A stretch of 64,000 bases of DNA from Escherichia phage vB_EcoM_G2248: the sequence record MK327932.1. One strand, written 5' to 3'. Both the position numbers and the translations under genes were made by a program. How positions within the stretch are numbered: position 1 is the first letter of the stretch; the number at the start of each line of letters is the position of its first letter. The notes below the pieces were generated by a model. The model was given only the letters and a program-made list of their open reading frames with translations, did not search any database and was not told the DNA's origin. This document shows, piece by piece, positions 1-8,363 of the stretch.

Positions 1-1581
1 ACTACCAAAGAACTGATGGAAAAATGGTCCCCGCTGCTGGAAAACGAAAAACTGCCGGAAATCGCAACTGCGTCTAAGCAGAAACTGGTTGCTAAAATTC
101 TGGAATCTCAGGAAGCGGATTTTGCTGTAGACCCGATCTATAAAGATGAAAAAGTTGTTGAAGCATTTGGCGGCTTTATCACCGAAGCAGAAGTTGCTGG
201 CGACCACGGCTATGATGCATCCAAAATCGCCGCAGGTCAGACTACTGGTGCAATCACCAACGTAGGTCCGGCTGTTATCGGTATGGTTCGCCGTGCTATC
301 CCTAACCTGATCGCATTTGATATTTGTGGCGTTCAGCCGATGAGCACCCCGACTAGCCAGATCTTTGCAATCCGTTCTGTATACGGTGCTGATCCGCTTG
401 CTGTTGGTGCTAAAGAAGCATTCCATCCGATGTACTCTCCGAATGCATTCCATAGCTCTCTGGCTGCTAAAGGTGCAACTGTAGGTTCTCCGCTGGGTAC
501 GGCATTCCAGAAACTGGCTATGCAAAGTGCAATTCAGGCTGGCGATATCGTTCATCACACCTTCGCAGAAACTGGCATTGCATATCTGCAAAACGTTACC
601 GCAGAAGCAGTAACTCCGCAGAAAGCAGGGCAGGAAAGCGAAGATGAAGTAGTAATGAAACTGATGGAAGAATGTAAACTGGTCGAAATCGCTTTCGGTA
701 TGGCAACTTCCATCGCGGAAATTCAGGAAGGCTTTAACGGTTCTCAGAATAACCCGTGGGCTGAAATGTCAATGCGTATTGACAAACAGGTTGTTGAAGC
801 GAAATCTCGCCAACTGAAAGCCCGTTACTCTATCGAAGTTGCACAGGATCTGCGTGCTGTACACGGTATGGACGCTGACGCCGAACTGAATGCTATTCTG
901 GCTAACGAAGTTCTGCTTGAAATCAACCGTGAAATCGTTGATGTAATCAACTTTACCGCTCAGGTTGGTAAAACTGGTATGACTCAGACCGTTGGTTCTA
1001 AAGCTGGTGTATTTGACCTGCAAGACCCGATCGATACTCGCGGTGCTCGTTGGGCTGGTGAATCCTTCAAATCTCTGATCTACCAGATCGACAAAGAAGC
1101 TGCTGAAATCGCTCGTCAGACTGGTCGCGGTGCGGGTAACTTTGTTATCGCTTCCCGTAACGTTGTAAACATTCTGGCGTCTGCTGATCAGGGTATCAGT
1201 CTTGCTATGCAGGGTGCTGCAAAAGGTCTGAATACCGACACCACTAAAGCTGTTTTCGCTGGTGTTCTGGCTGGTAAGTACAAAGTATTCATCGACCAGT
1301 ATGCTCGTCAGGACTACTTCACCGTAGGTTACAAAGGCGACAACGAAATGGATGCTGGTATCTACTATGCTCCGTATGTTGCTCTGACTCCGCTGCGTGC
1401 AACTGACCCGCAGTCTTTCCATCCGGTTCTGGGCTTCAAGACTCGCTATGGCATCGGCATCAACCCGTTTGCTGACAGCAAATCCCAGGCGCCGTCCGCT
1501 CGCATCACCTCCGGTATGTTGAGCAAAGAAAGCGTAGGTAAAAACGCATACTTCCGCCGTGTATGGGTTAAAGGTTGCTAA
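1..1581 (+). CDS. 23: Major capsid protein gp23 (5' end outside window)
   Basis: Translation aligns along its length with T4 gp23 (e.g. RRAIPNLIAFDICGVQPM, GKNAYFRRV near C-terminus); reading frame is open from base 1, so the start lies upstream of the window. Confidence 0.95.
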   Translation, partial: TTKELMEKWSPLLENEKLPEIATASKQKLVAKILESQEADFAVDPIYKDEKVVEAFGGFITEAEVAGDHGYDASKIAAGQTTGAITNVGPAVIGMVRRAIPNLIAFDICGVQPMSTPTSQIFAIRSVYGADPLAVGAKEAFHPMYSPNAFHSSLAAKGATVGSPLGTAFQKLAMQSAIQAGDIVHHTFAETGIAYLQNVTAEAVTPQKAGQESEDEVVMKLMEECKLVEIAFGMATSIAEIQEGFNGSQNNPWAEMSMRIDKQVVEAKSRQLKARYSIEVAQDLRAVHGMDADAELNAILANEVLLEINREIVDVINFTAQVGKTGMTQTVGSKAGVFDLQDPIDTRGARWAGESFKSLIYQIDKEAAEIARQTGRGAGNFVIASRNVVNILASADQGISLAMQGAAKGLNTDTTKAVFAGVLAGKYKVFIDQYARQDYFTVGYKGDNEMDAGIYYAPYVALTPLRATDPQSFHPVLGFKTRYGIGINPFADSKSQAPSARITSGMLSKESVGKNAYFRRVWVKGC

Positions 1582-1590
1582 TTAAACTCC

Positions 1591-1615
1591 GGTCGGGTGC
1601 AATGCCCGACTTTAT
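1591..1615 (+). terminator. Hairpin after gene 23
   Basis: Inverted repeat GTCGGG/CCCGAC followed by a T-rich tract immediately after the gp23 stop. Confidence 0.5.
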
Positions 1616-1652
1616 CATAAACCTTATGACAGTGTAAAGTGTTAATTCCAAA

Positions 1653-1681
1653 GGGAAGACTCGAAAGGGTCTTCCCTTTTT
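1653..1681 (+). terminator. Rho-independent terminator after gene 23
   Basis: GGGAAGAC-loop-GTCTTCCC followed by TTTTT. Confidence 0.65.
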
Positions 1682-1697
1682 GCGTATTATATCCCGT

Positions 1698-1705
1698 TAT
1701 AAATA
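1698..1705 (+). promoter_or_regulatory. T4-type late promoter (TATAAATA)
   Basis: Exact TATAAATA about 40 nt upstream of the ORF starting at 1744. Confidence 0.6.
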
Positions 1706-1743
1706 AGGTTGCAAGCCTATATTCTAAGGGGAGCGAAAATTAG

Positions 1744-2052
1744 ATGCACACACTCATAAAGACCAAAACTCCAGCCGTTTCCGCACCCGTAAACTGTATT
1801 CATAGTTCTCACATGACCGTGCAAATGTCAGTTGAAGGGGTAAGGGAAGGGCAAAAAGTCATTGCGGAAGCCTTGTTAGAAGGTTCTCTAGATGGTAAAG
1901 GTTGGTTCACTATTTCAGAATTGAAAGCTGATGGTAATGAATATGCAACTGATGGTGGAGCGTTTGAAACATTATGGTCGTTTATTAGGGCAAATGTAAA
2001 ATCAGTATCTAATGATTCTACTGTAACGGTGTATCTTGCTAAACGGGGGTAA
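1744..2052 (+). CDS. Hypothetical late protein (102 aa)
   Basis: ORF with GGGGAG Shine-Dalgarno about 12 nt upstream of the ATG; downstream of a late promoter; no recognisable homology. Confidence 0.4.
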   Translation: MHTLIKTKTPAVSAPVNCIHSSHMTVQMSVEGVREGQKVIAEALLEGSLDGKGWFTISELKADGNEYATDGGAFETLWSFIRANVKSVSNDSTVTVYLAKRG

Positions 2053-2056
2053 TTAT

Positions 2057-3769
2057 ATGAAGCTAAATCCACAAGCTATCATTAGTGCTGGTTCCGTGAG
2101 TGGTGGTTGTTCTGGTGGTATTCAGATCGGGACTAACGTACCTAGCGGAATTAAAAATACCCATCGTTTCGAAAATGAAGAAGCGAGGGATACATATTTT
2201 ACCGAACATTTTCCAGAATTAGATAGACTAAAAACAATTATTGTTTGCGGTGCTAAACTTCAATTATGGACTGGTAATACAGCACAATCCCCGTATGATA
2301 ATTCTAAATGGGTCGATATGACCTGGGTGATTCAGGGCGAACAAGGTATTACTGGAGAGAAAGGCGAAAATGGACGTGGAATTGCTAGAATCGCAGCACA
2401 ATTATCTGACGATGATCGAAACTGGACTCTAGAAATTACATATACAGACTCAACGCAAGAATCTTTAGTATTTCCTGTTCCAGATGTATTAGCAAACTTC
2501 GTACAGCGTTTAAACGCAATCGAAGTAAAATGGACAACAACCAATCCAATCAACAATCTCGGGGTCGCTATATCACCCGGACGCTATCCGGTAGGTGATG
2601 CAACTTATGGAAAACCTCCAATGATGGCGAATAAGGGGTCCGCAGATGTATATGTCGTTGATGGTAGCGTTATTCAGGTGGTCCGTTCTGTTGATGGTGG
2701 CGTTTACACTCGTATCCGACACAATGGAGAATGGAGTGAATGGAACTCTCAAAACGATGGTGGAATTGGTGGCGGTGGTTTAACTGGTGATCAGGAAGCT
2801 ATGCTAACAAGTCTAAGCACTCGTTTACCGGAGACGTCACCAGAAATACTGGATTTAAACACTCTGACTAAACAAGGTCGCTTTTGTTATTTTGAAGGGA
2901 CCGCAAACCGTCCGAATGGAGCACAAGCACACGGTTCAGTAGACGTACATTCGTGTAAAAACTATGTGTTACAGATTGCAACCAGTGTAGAAGGGGTAAT
3001 GTATCATCGCTCATACACAAAGAAAACTGATTCATGGTCCGAATGGACACAGATCAGCGATCATACTGGAGGGGCGACAATATATGAGTTCCCTCGTGTG
3101 TCTAGTGTGTTCACGACCGCACAAAGTTTAATCGAGGCAACAACACCGGGTACTGGAGGCGGGGCATTTTATATTCCGTGGAAATATGTCATTCATGATA
3201 ACTATGGGTGTACACCACGGATATCAGAGCCAGTTAGACAGAACGATGCCGATCATTGGTGGGTGTGTCCGAAATATGGAAGTTATGACATGGAATTGAT
3301 TTTTGATGTTGGTTTTATTAAAACACCACAAACAATTCCTCCTATCTTTACAATCACGGTATGGCATCGATTAACCGACGGTCGAGAACAACAAGCAGCA
3401 CGTTATCAGATTGGATTAGATGTATCACAAAAAAACCAAACATCAAAATCGCTAAAATTGAGAATGACTCACATTACATCGGGAGAGATGTTCCGGTGGC
3501 ATGTTTCATTTAATGGTGGTAGTTGGTCGGCAAGCGATAACCCAGATGTTTCCCTTGTACCATTCCGAACATTGCTGATGGTCGATGAAGTGGAACACGA
3601 TTCAGCAAAACGAATTGGTTCGTTAGCATACAACACATGGGCGAATTTTCAAGCTAGAAAAGGTCTGGCGGCGACTGTAAGTGAAGACGAATTAAAAAAA
3701 GCTCGTCTTAATGCCGTTAAATGGAGCGCATCAATCGAAAGTGTTGATGCATCTCAGGACGACCAATAA
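2057..3769 (+). CDS. Hypothetical late protein (~570 aa) with short collagen-like G-X-Y stretch
   Basis: Long ORF; ATG at 2057 preceded by GGGGG RBS; contains GEQGITGEKGENGRG (five consecutive G-X-Y triplets) and Gly-rich tracts; no T4 counterpart at this position. Confidence 0.55.
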   Translation: MKLNPQAIISAGSVSGGCSGGIQIGTNVPSGIKNTHRFENEEARDTYFTEHFPELDRLKTIIVCGAKLQLWTGNTAQSPYDNSKWVDMTWVIQGEQGITGEKGENGRGIARIAAQLSDDDRNWTLEITYTDSTQESLVFPVPDVLANFVQRLNAIEVKWTTTNPINNLGVAISPGRYPVGDATYGKPPMMANKGSADVYVVDGSVIQVVRSVDGGVYTRIRHNGEWSEWNSQNDGGIGGGGLTGDQEAMLTSLSTRLPETSPEILDLNTLTKQGRFCYFEGTANRPNGAQAHGSVDVHSCKNYVLQIATSVEGVMYHRSYTKKTDSWSEWTQISDHTGGATIYEFPRVSSVFTTAQSLIEATTPGTGGGAFYIPWKYVIHDNYGCTPRISEPVRQNDADHWWVCPKYGSYDMELIFDVGFIKTPQTIPPIFTITVWHRLTDGREQQAARYQIGLDVSQKNQTSKSLKLRMTHITSGEMFRWHVSFNGGSWSASDNPDVSLVPFRTLLMVDEVEHDSAKRIGSLAYNTWANFQARKGLAATVSEDELKKARLNAVKWSASIESVDASQDDQ

Positions 3770-3786
3770 TTAGCGGGGGGTGATTG

Positions 3787-4716
3787 ATGACTGACATTAA
3801 GGCAAAAATTAGCCAGTTGCAAACTGATTTTGTTCAAGGCGAGATCACACATTTCACCGGAAACGAATCAAATGCTCTAATGGAAAGTGATGTTGAAAGA
3901 ATTTCAAATTCAATCAACACTCAATTAATTGATCCTGTAATTGATTTTGTTATTGCTTGTGATGAAGTAATAGCAGAAACAGCAAGCGAGGCACATCAAG
4001 CGGCAGAAGTAGCAAAAAATACTGCTGACGTGGCAGACCGAACGGCAGGTCAATCCATGAGTATGGCAACTGATGCAATTGCTAAAGCTACTACCGCTGA
4101 ATCAGAAGCAACACGAGCACACACCCGATTAGATGAACTGAATATTCCAACAATGCCTAATCTTGATAACCAGACATGGAACTGGCTATCAAGATCTTTT
4201 GATAGTGTCAGTATTAGAGTTGGTAATGGTGTAACATTAGCTGACTCTAATACTAAACCACATATCACATGGACACCAATTCGCCAAAACTTTGAAACAG
4301 GTAGCTATTACGTTGAAGGACGTTTTGAAGCTCGTTTTAAAGTAATGGTTCGAGATTGGATTCAGGGCGAAGGTGGTAATATTGTTTATCTGGCAGGAAT
4401 TGATAGTTTAGCGTCATTTAACGGTTGGATTTATCTGGATGGTTTATCATCTACGGATACGATGAAAACAACCAATATTCAGATTAACGCATACACACAA
4501 AAAGACTCGCAAGTAGTATTTGGCGCTAGTGCTGTTGCGTCTATGTCAGATTCAACAAAAGTTAAAATGGCGTTATTCGTAAACGTAGGAACAGATAGAT
4601 TTGATCAATATACAGATCCGGTCTATGTCGACCTTGTTATGACATTCCAGCGTGACGCTAGCGGTAATTTTGGTTTTGGTACGTTGTTCCCAGAATTAAC
4701 CCCATCTTCTTCATAA
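3787..4716 (+). CDS. Hypothetical late protein (~309 aa), N-terminal helical/coiled-coil-like
   Basis: ATG at 3787 preceded by GCGGGGGG RBS; N-terminal Ala/Glu/Thr-rich heptad-like region; no recognisable homology. Confidence 0.5.
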   Translation: MTDIKAKISQLQTDFVQGEITHFTGNESNALMESDVERISNSINTQLIDPVIDFVIACDEVIAETASEAHQAAEVAKNTADVADRTAGQSMSMATDAIAKATTAESEATRAHTRLDELNIPTMPNLDNQTWNWLSRSFDSVSIRVGNGVTLADSNTKPHITWTPIRQNFETGSYYVEGRFEARFKVMVRDWIQGEGGNIVYLAGIDSLASFNGWIYLDGLSSTDTMKTTNIQINAYTQKDSQVVFGASAVASMSDSTKVKMALFVNVGTDRFDQYTDPVYVDLVMTFQRDASGNFGFGTLFPELTPSSS

Positions 4717-4726
4717 GGAGGAAGGC

Positions 4727-4879
4727 ATGAGTAAGAAAGAAAACGGCTATGTTATGACTCGTAAGGAATACGACGAATTGATGTTAGCATTAGCGTATGC
4801 GATTATTCGTTCTGATCATGCAATTAATCTGGTGCACAAAGTCAATCGTAGTGTTGATAATGTTGCTAGGAAGAAGTAA
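4727..4879 (+). CDS. Small hypothetical protein (50 aa)
   Basis: ATG 7 nt after a strong AGGAGGAAGG RBS; ends just before a terminator hairpin; below the 60-aa ORF-track cut-off. Confidence 0.35.
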   Translation: MSKKENGYVMTRKEYDELMLALAYAIIRSDHAINLVHKVNRSVDNVARKK

Positions 4880-4888
4880 TTTTATTTT

Positions 4889-4916
4889 GGGAATCCTTCG
4901 GGATTCCCTTTTCTTT
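4889..4916 (+). terminator. Rho-independent terminator
   Basis: GGGAATCC-TTCG-GGATTCCC followed by a T-run. Confidence 0.65.
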
Positions 4917-4919
4917 TTG

Positions 4920-4927
4920 TATAAATA
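4920..4927 (+). promoter_or_regulatory. T4-type late promoter (TATAAATA) for gene 24
   Basis: Exact TATAAATA about 38 nt upstream of the gp24 ATG at 4965. Confidence 0.65.
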
Positions 4928-4964
4928 TGATATATCCATTAAGGCAAATACAGGATTCATAAAC

Positions 4965-6206
4965 ATGACTCATATTTTTACTGAACTGTTGCGGGAATCT
5001 ACTTCCTCAGTAGCTAACCAGACAGCGCGACCGCAACTATTATCACTGACTCGCGCGGTAAACAACCTGATTTTCTCTGATCTGGTGGCAATCCAACCAA
5101 CCGATCAACCAGTATCTGCATTGTACGGCCTACGTTATCTTAATCATGATGGTCAGATGACGTTCCGGACCGCTGCAACCTATGGCGGTGCTGTTGGTGA
5201 TCGTTCTGATATTGAAGAATTTTCACAAGAAAAATCCTATGATGTAGGAGCAAAATTTAAATCAGGCGATGTTGTATACGAAGTTGTAACCGCTGGTACA
5301 GTAGGTGCAGATGCAGCCACGCCCGAAGCCGCAATTTTTAAAGGTGTGATGACAAATCAGATTCGCTTCTATAGCGACTGTGCACCTGTAGAATACTTTG
5401 AAGATAAAAACACAGAGATCTCATCAACGTCAATGCAGTTTGATAAGTGGCAGGTTAATGTAGGTTCTCGTAAATTGAAAACCTCGTTCACCACTGAATT
5501 AATGCAGGATCTTGAAGCAAGCCAAATCAACTCTGAAAACTCTGTAATTGATCTTCTGGCTACTGTCGCTTCCGAAGAGATCAACAAAGATATTATACAG
5601 AAGTTGATCACTGTATCAACTCGCTATAAAATTAAAGGGATCACCCCTGATGGCGTACTTTCTCTAGTTAGCGTTCAGGACGCACCAAAACAAGCTCGCG
5701 AACTTTACCGCTATGCTTGCGAAATGAGCAATCAAATGTTGCGTACTTCCTCCTTTGCTGGCACATACGTTTTGGCGTCTTCTCGCGTGGTTGGTCTCCT
5801 GCAATCTACCGGATGGATGGAAGAAACCGACAATGCTCTAAGCGAAGGCCGTCTACGCTGTGGTCTGGAAGTGTACGCAGATACGGTAACTCCGTTTGAT
5901 TATATGGTCGTTGGCTGTAAACACATGATCGGTGATATGGAGAGTGTAGGTTCTCTTTTCTACTCCCCATACACAGAAGCCGATGGCGCTGGCGCATATA
6001 AGAGCGTAATCGATCCTAACAGCTTCCAACACCATGTAGCTATTATGAATCGTTATTCACTCTCTGTCAACCCATACACAGCAAAAGTTGACCAAGAAGA
6101 ACACCAGGTCATCAAGGGTGACGAGTGGGCTAAACTTGCTGGACGTTCAGAAATGTCCTACATTTTAGGTATCGAACTGCCACCGCTTGAGATTGACAAC
6201 TCTTAA
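4965..6206 (+). CDS. 24: Capsid vertex protein gp24
   Basis: From MTHIFTELLRESTSS... the translation parallels the T4 gp24 N-terminus and is gp23-like in fold; the track's 4797 start is an upstream in-frame extension. Confidence 0.85.
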   Translation: MTHIFTELLRESTSSVANQTARPQLLSLTRAVNNLIFSDLVAIQPTDQPVSALYGLRYLNHDGQMTFRTAATYGGAVGDRSDIEEFSQEKSYDVGAKFKSGDVVYEVVTAGTVGADAATPEAAIFKGVMTNQIRFYSDCAPVEYFEDKNTEISSTSMQFDKWQVNVGSRKLKTSFTTELMQDLEASQINSENSVIDLLATVASEEINKDIIQKLITVSTRYKIKGITPDGVLSLVSVQDAPKQARELYRYACEMSNQMLRTSSFAGTYVLASSRVVGLLQSTGWMEETDNALSEGRLRCGLEVYADTVTPFDYMVVGCKHMIGDMESVGSLFYSPYTEADGAGAYKSVIDPNSFQHHVAIMNRYSLSVNPYTAKVDQEEHQVIKGDEWAKLAGRSEMSYILGIELPPLEIDNS

Positions 6207-6794
6207 CTAAATATCTAACCAAGACAAGTCAGATCCGCCCAAGATTTTTTCGACGGCGGATCTATTTTCTTGATGATATAAGTTAAAACATGGTATCCCA
6301 TGTCTACGGGCAACATAAACAGCAATTCGAGTTCCGCCCGAAACAATACCATTAACTTCTTTCGCCCAAAATAACACACAATCTACAGGATCATCAAGTG
6401 TCTCACCTAAGACTTGAGCAACATTTCTAGAAAACAGATTTTGCATGTATAGCGGTATAGAACGAGGATTATCATAAACGTGTTCTAATTCATCCATCGC
6501 CAGATTCTTTTGCTCTAGAGTCTGCCACGCAATCACATCACGACCATTATGCTTATGATCGTAAAACTTCCAATTTGGAATGAAAATTTTTCTATAATCT
6601 GGGTCGTAATACTTCATGAAAGCATTGTCCATACCGTAAGCCCCTCCAGAATGCGCTACAACGCGATTTTCTGACAATACCCTCCCAATGGCACTAGCCA
6701 TTATCAAAATGTCGTTAGGCGCTTTTCTAGAGCCTATAAGAGCACATCTACGAAGTGGTTTTACTCCAAATAGATCTTGTAACTGGTCAAACAT
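6207..6794 (-). CDS. DprA/Smf-like (SLOG-type Rossmann) protein
   Basis: Motif pattern ALIGSRKAP...A..GR.L......VAHSGGAYGMD resembles the DprA/Smf core (GSR ... SGGA.G.D); ATG at 6794 with GGAGG RBS. Confidence 0.45.
   Translation of the reverse strand: MFDQLQDLFGVKPLRRCALIGSRKAPNDILIMASAIGRVLSENRVVAHSGGAYGMDNAFMKYYDPDYRKIFIPNWKFYDHKHNGRDVIAWQTLEQKNLAMDELEHVYDNPRSIPLYMQNLFSRNVAQVLGETLDDPVDCVLFWAKEVNGIVSGGTRIAVYVARRHGIPCFNLYHQENRSAVEKILGGSDLSWLDI
6231..6270 (+). terminator. Hairpin terminator after gene 24
   Basis: AGATCCGCC...GGCGGATCT inverted repeat followed by a T-rich tract; it overlaps the 3' end of the convergent minus-strand ORF. Confidence 0.5.
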
Positions 6795-7175
6795 AATATT
6801 TTCCTCCATAGAAAGCAGTATCATATTACAAGTTAATAACAAATACAAGTATCCGCGTAGCGGAAGCGAGCACAGCGAGCATTAAAACACTTCCAGTAAC
6901 TGATTAATAAATGTTCGAAACAAATTTTTATTATTCTATAAGATAAGTCTTCGTTTTGTTCATAATTTAATCATACATGTAAAAACTACACAAAAAGGAT
7001 ATCGCTTCGCGAACTCCTACGGAGTATAACATTTGTGTTACAATATGTAGTGATTAATAATTAACCAAAGATACATTTTCTATGTTCTAAAGATCTTTCT
7101 TCGTTTTGGTCACAATTTAATCAAACAGTATTAATATTGTCCACATGTAAACTAAATCATGATGATTTGTGGATA

Positions 7176-7201
7176 CAAAAAAGCCGCCCCGAAGGACGGC
7201 T
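7176..7201 (-). terminator. Rho-independent terminator (minus strand)
   Basis: On the minus strand: TAGCCGTCCTTCGGGGCGGC followed by TTTTTT, immediately downstream of the ORF ending at 7210. Confidence 0.6.
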
Positions 7202-7209
7202 AATGTTAA

Positions 7210-7647
7210 TTATTTGTTGATAACGATCTGATTTCGGCGAATGGTAACATTGCTCTTAGAGATGATCAGATCATCCGGCACTACGTTCGTTTTGTATGGC
7301 TGGAAGCGAACAAGCATCTGATTGCGTTTAGAACCTTCCTTAATCTTGATTTCCATCTGGATATTGTTGCCTACGTGAGCAATAGCAATTTGACCTTTGT
7401 TCTCATAGACCCACTTGCTGGTAACGTCGCCAGCGAAAGCCTTAATAACTTGCAATGCTTCGTCGTATGCAGTAGAGCTATGAACGTTCAGAAGACCAGC
7501 CGTCGCCAGACGTGAGCAAGTGATCGCTGGAGATTGCCAAACATCAACATTGATTTGCTCAATCAGAGCAACACCGCCATGATCAACTGCTTTGAATGCT
7601 TCAAACATTGCTTTTTTCATTGCTACGTGGTTTTTACGGAATTTCAT
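7210..7647 (-). CDS. Hypothetical protein (145 aa)
   Basis: ORF followed by its own terminator; no recognisable homology. Confidence 0.5.
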   Translation of the reverse strand: MKFRKNHVAMKKAMFEAFKAVDHGGVALIEQINVDVWQSPAITCSRLATAGLLNVHSSTAYDEALQVIKAFAGDVTSKWVYENKGQIAIAHVGNNIQMEIKIKEGSKRNQMLVRFQPYKTNVVPDDLIISKSNVTIRRNQIVINK

Positions 7648-7693
7648 AATTAGTCACCTCTATTGATTAGTTATTCAGAATATTAATTACAAA

Positions 7694-7972
7694 TCAGGAC
7701 ATTGCCCGTTTGAATGCGTCCATTATAACAGTGTTTTTCGGCTTGTCAACACGTTTTTGAACTTTATTTTTAATTTTTTTGTTGATGTGGTGTTTACGAT
7801 AAACAACCTTTTCACGGTTGGCGTAAGCCTCGCGTGCATCTTTCACCATCAACCATGCCTTAGCCGCATCTTGTCCGCTGATCCCGCCAATCTTCTTAGC
7901 AATATCAACAAAATTAAGACCGTGGTCTTCTCGTAGCATGTAAACCATTAACGCTGTTTTCCTGTCCATCAC
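7694..7972 (-). CDS. Small putative helix-turn-helix DNA-binding protein (92 aa)
   Basis: Segment LNFVDIAKKIGGISGQDAAKAW resembles an HTH; basic C-terminal tail; ATGA start/stop overlap with the upstream gene. Confidence 0.4.
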   Translation of the reverse strand: MMDRKTALMVYMLREDHGLNFVDIAKKIGGISGQDAAKAWLMVKDAREAYANREKVVYRKHHINKKIKNKVQKRVDKPKNTVIMDAFKRAMS

Positions 7973-8166
7973 TTCGCCTCATTGACGATTAACAGGATAG
8001 TGATCAGTACCGGAAACTGGATCATGACAGTACCAAAAAACCGGATAAACGCATTTTCTGACTTCCACACATTACATGCTGCTAGCTGATAGCACAATGT
8101 TGCAACCAGAGCAAGAATATACACAGAAAGTGGTGTAACTTCGATCAGTCGGGAAATCTCATTCAT
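7969..8166 (-). CDS. Small membrane protein (65 aa, two predicted TM helices)
   Basis: Two hydrophobic stretches (VYILALVATLCYQLAA and VMIQFPVLITILLIV). Confidence 0.4.
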   Translation of the reverse strand: MNEISRLIEVTPLSVYILALVATLCYQLAACNVWKSENAFIRFFGTVMIQFPVLITILLIVNEAK

Positions 8167-8289
8167 ACTTCACCTCATACATTCATAAACACAACAACGA
8201 ATAGAACAGTAACAGTTATTAAAGCCATTTTCAACCCCATATTCATAATATTTTCTTCGCCTCACTATGACAGTAGCATGTCGATGCGT

Positions 8290-8320
8290 GCCATTATAGG
8301 CATCTAAATCGCTCTGTCAA
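8290..8320 (-). promoter_or_regulatory. Sigma70-type early promoter (minus strand)
   Basis: On the minus strand: TTGACA, 16-nt spacer, TATAAT, upstream of the small membrane-protein gene. Confidence 0.5.
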
Positions 8321-8331
8321 GCGCAAAAAAA

Positions 8332-8358
8332 CAAAAAAGCCACCCCGAAGGATGGCTT
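8332..8358 (-). terminator. Rho-independent terminator (minus strand)
   Basis: AGCCACCCC-GAAG-GATGGCT hairpin with a T-run on the minus strand, downstream of the Hoc-like gene. Confidence 0.6.
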
Positions 8359-8363
8359 AATGG

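Noticed and set aside
4797-4964. The N-terminal 56 codons of the 469-aa track ORF as part of gp24
   Set aside because: This stretch overlaps a separate small ORF with a strong RBS, a terminator hairpin and the TATAAATA late promoter. The gp24-like sequence begins at the ATG at 4965.
6850-7175. tRNA genes in the AT-rich non-coding gap
   Set aside because: The region is very AT-rich with no GC-rich stems or recognisable acceptor/T-arm pattern. No cloverleaf-compatible segment was seen anywhere in the window.
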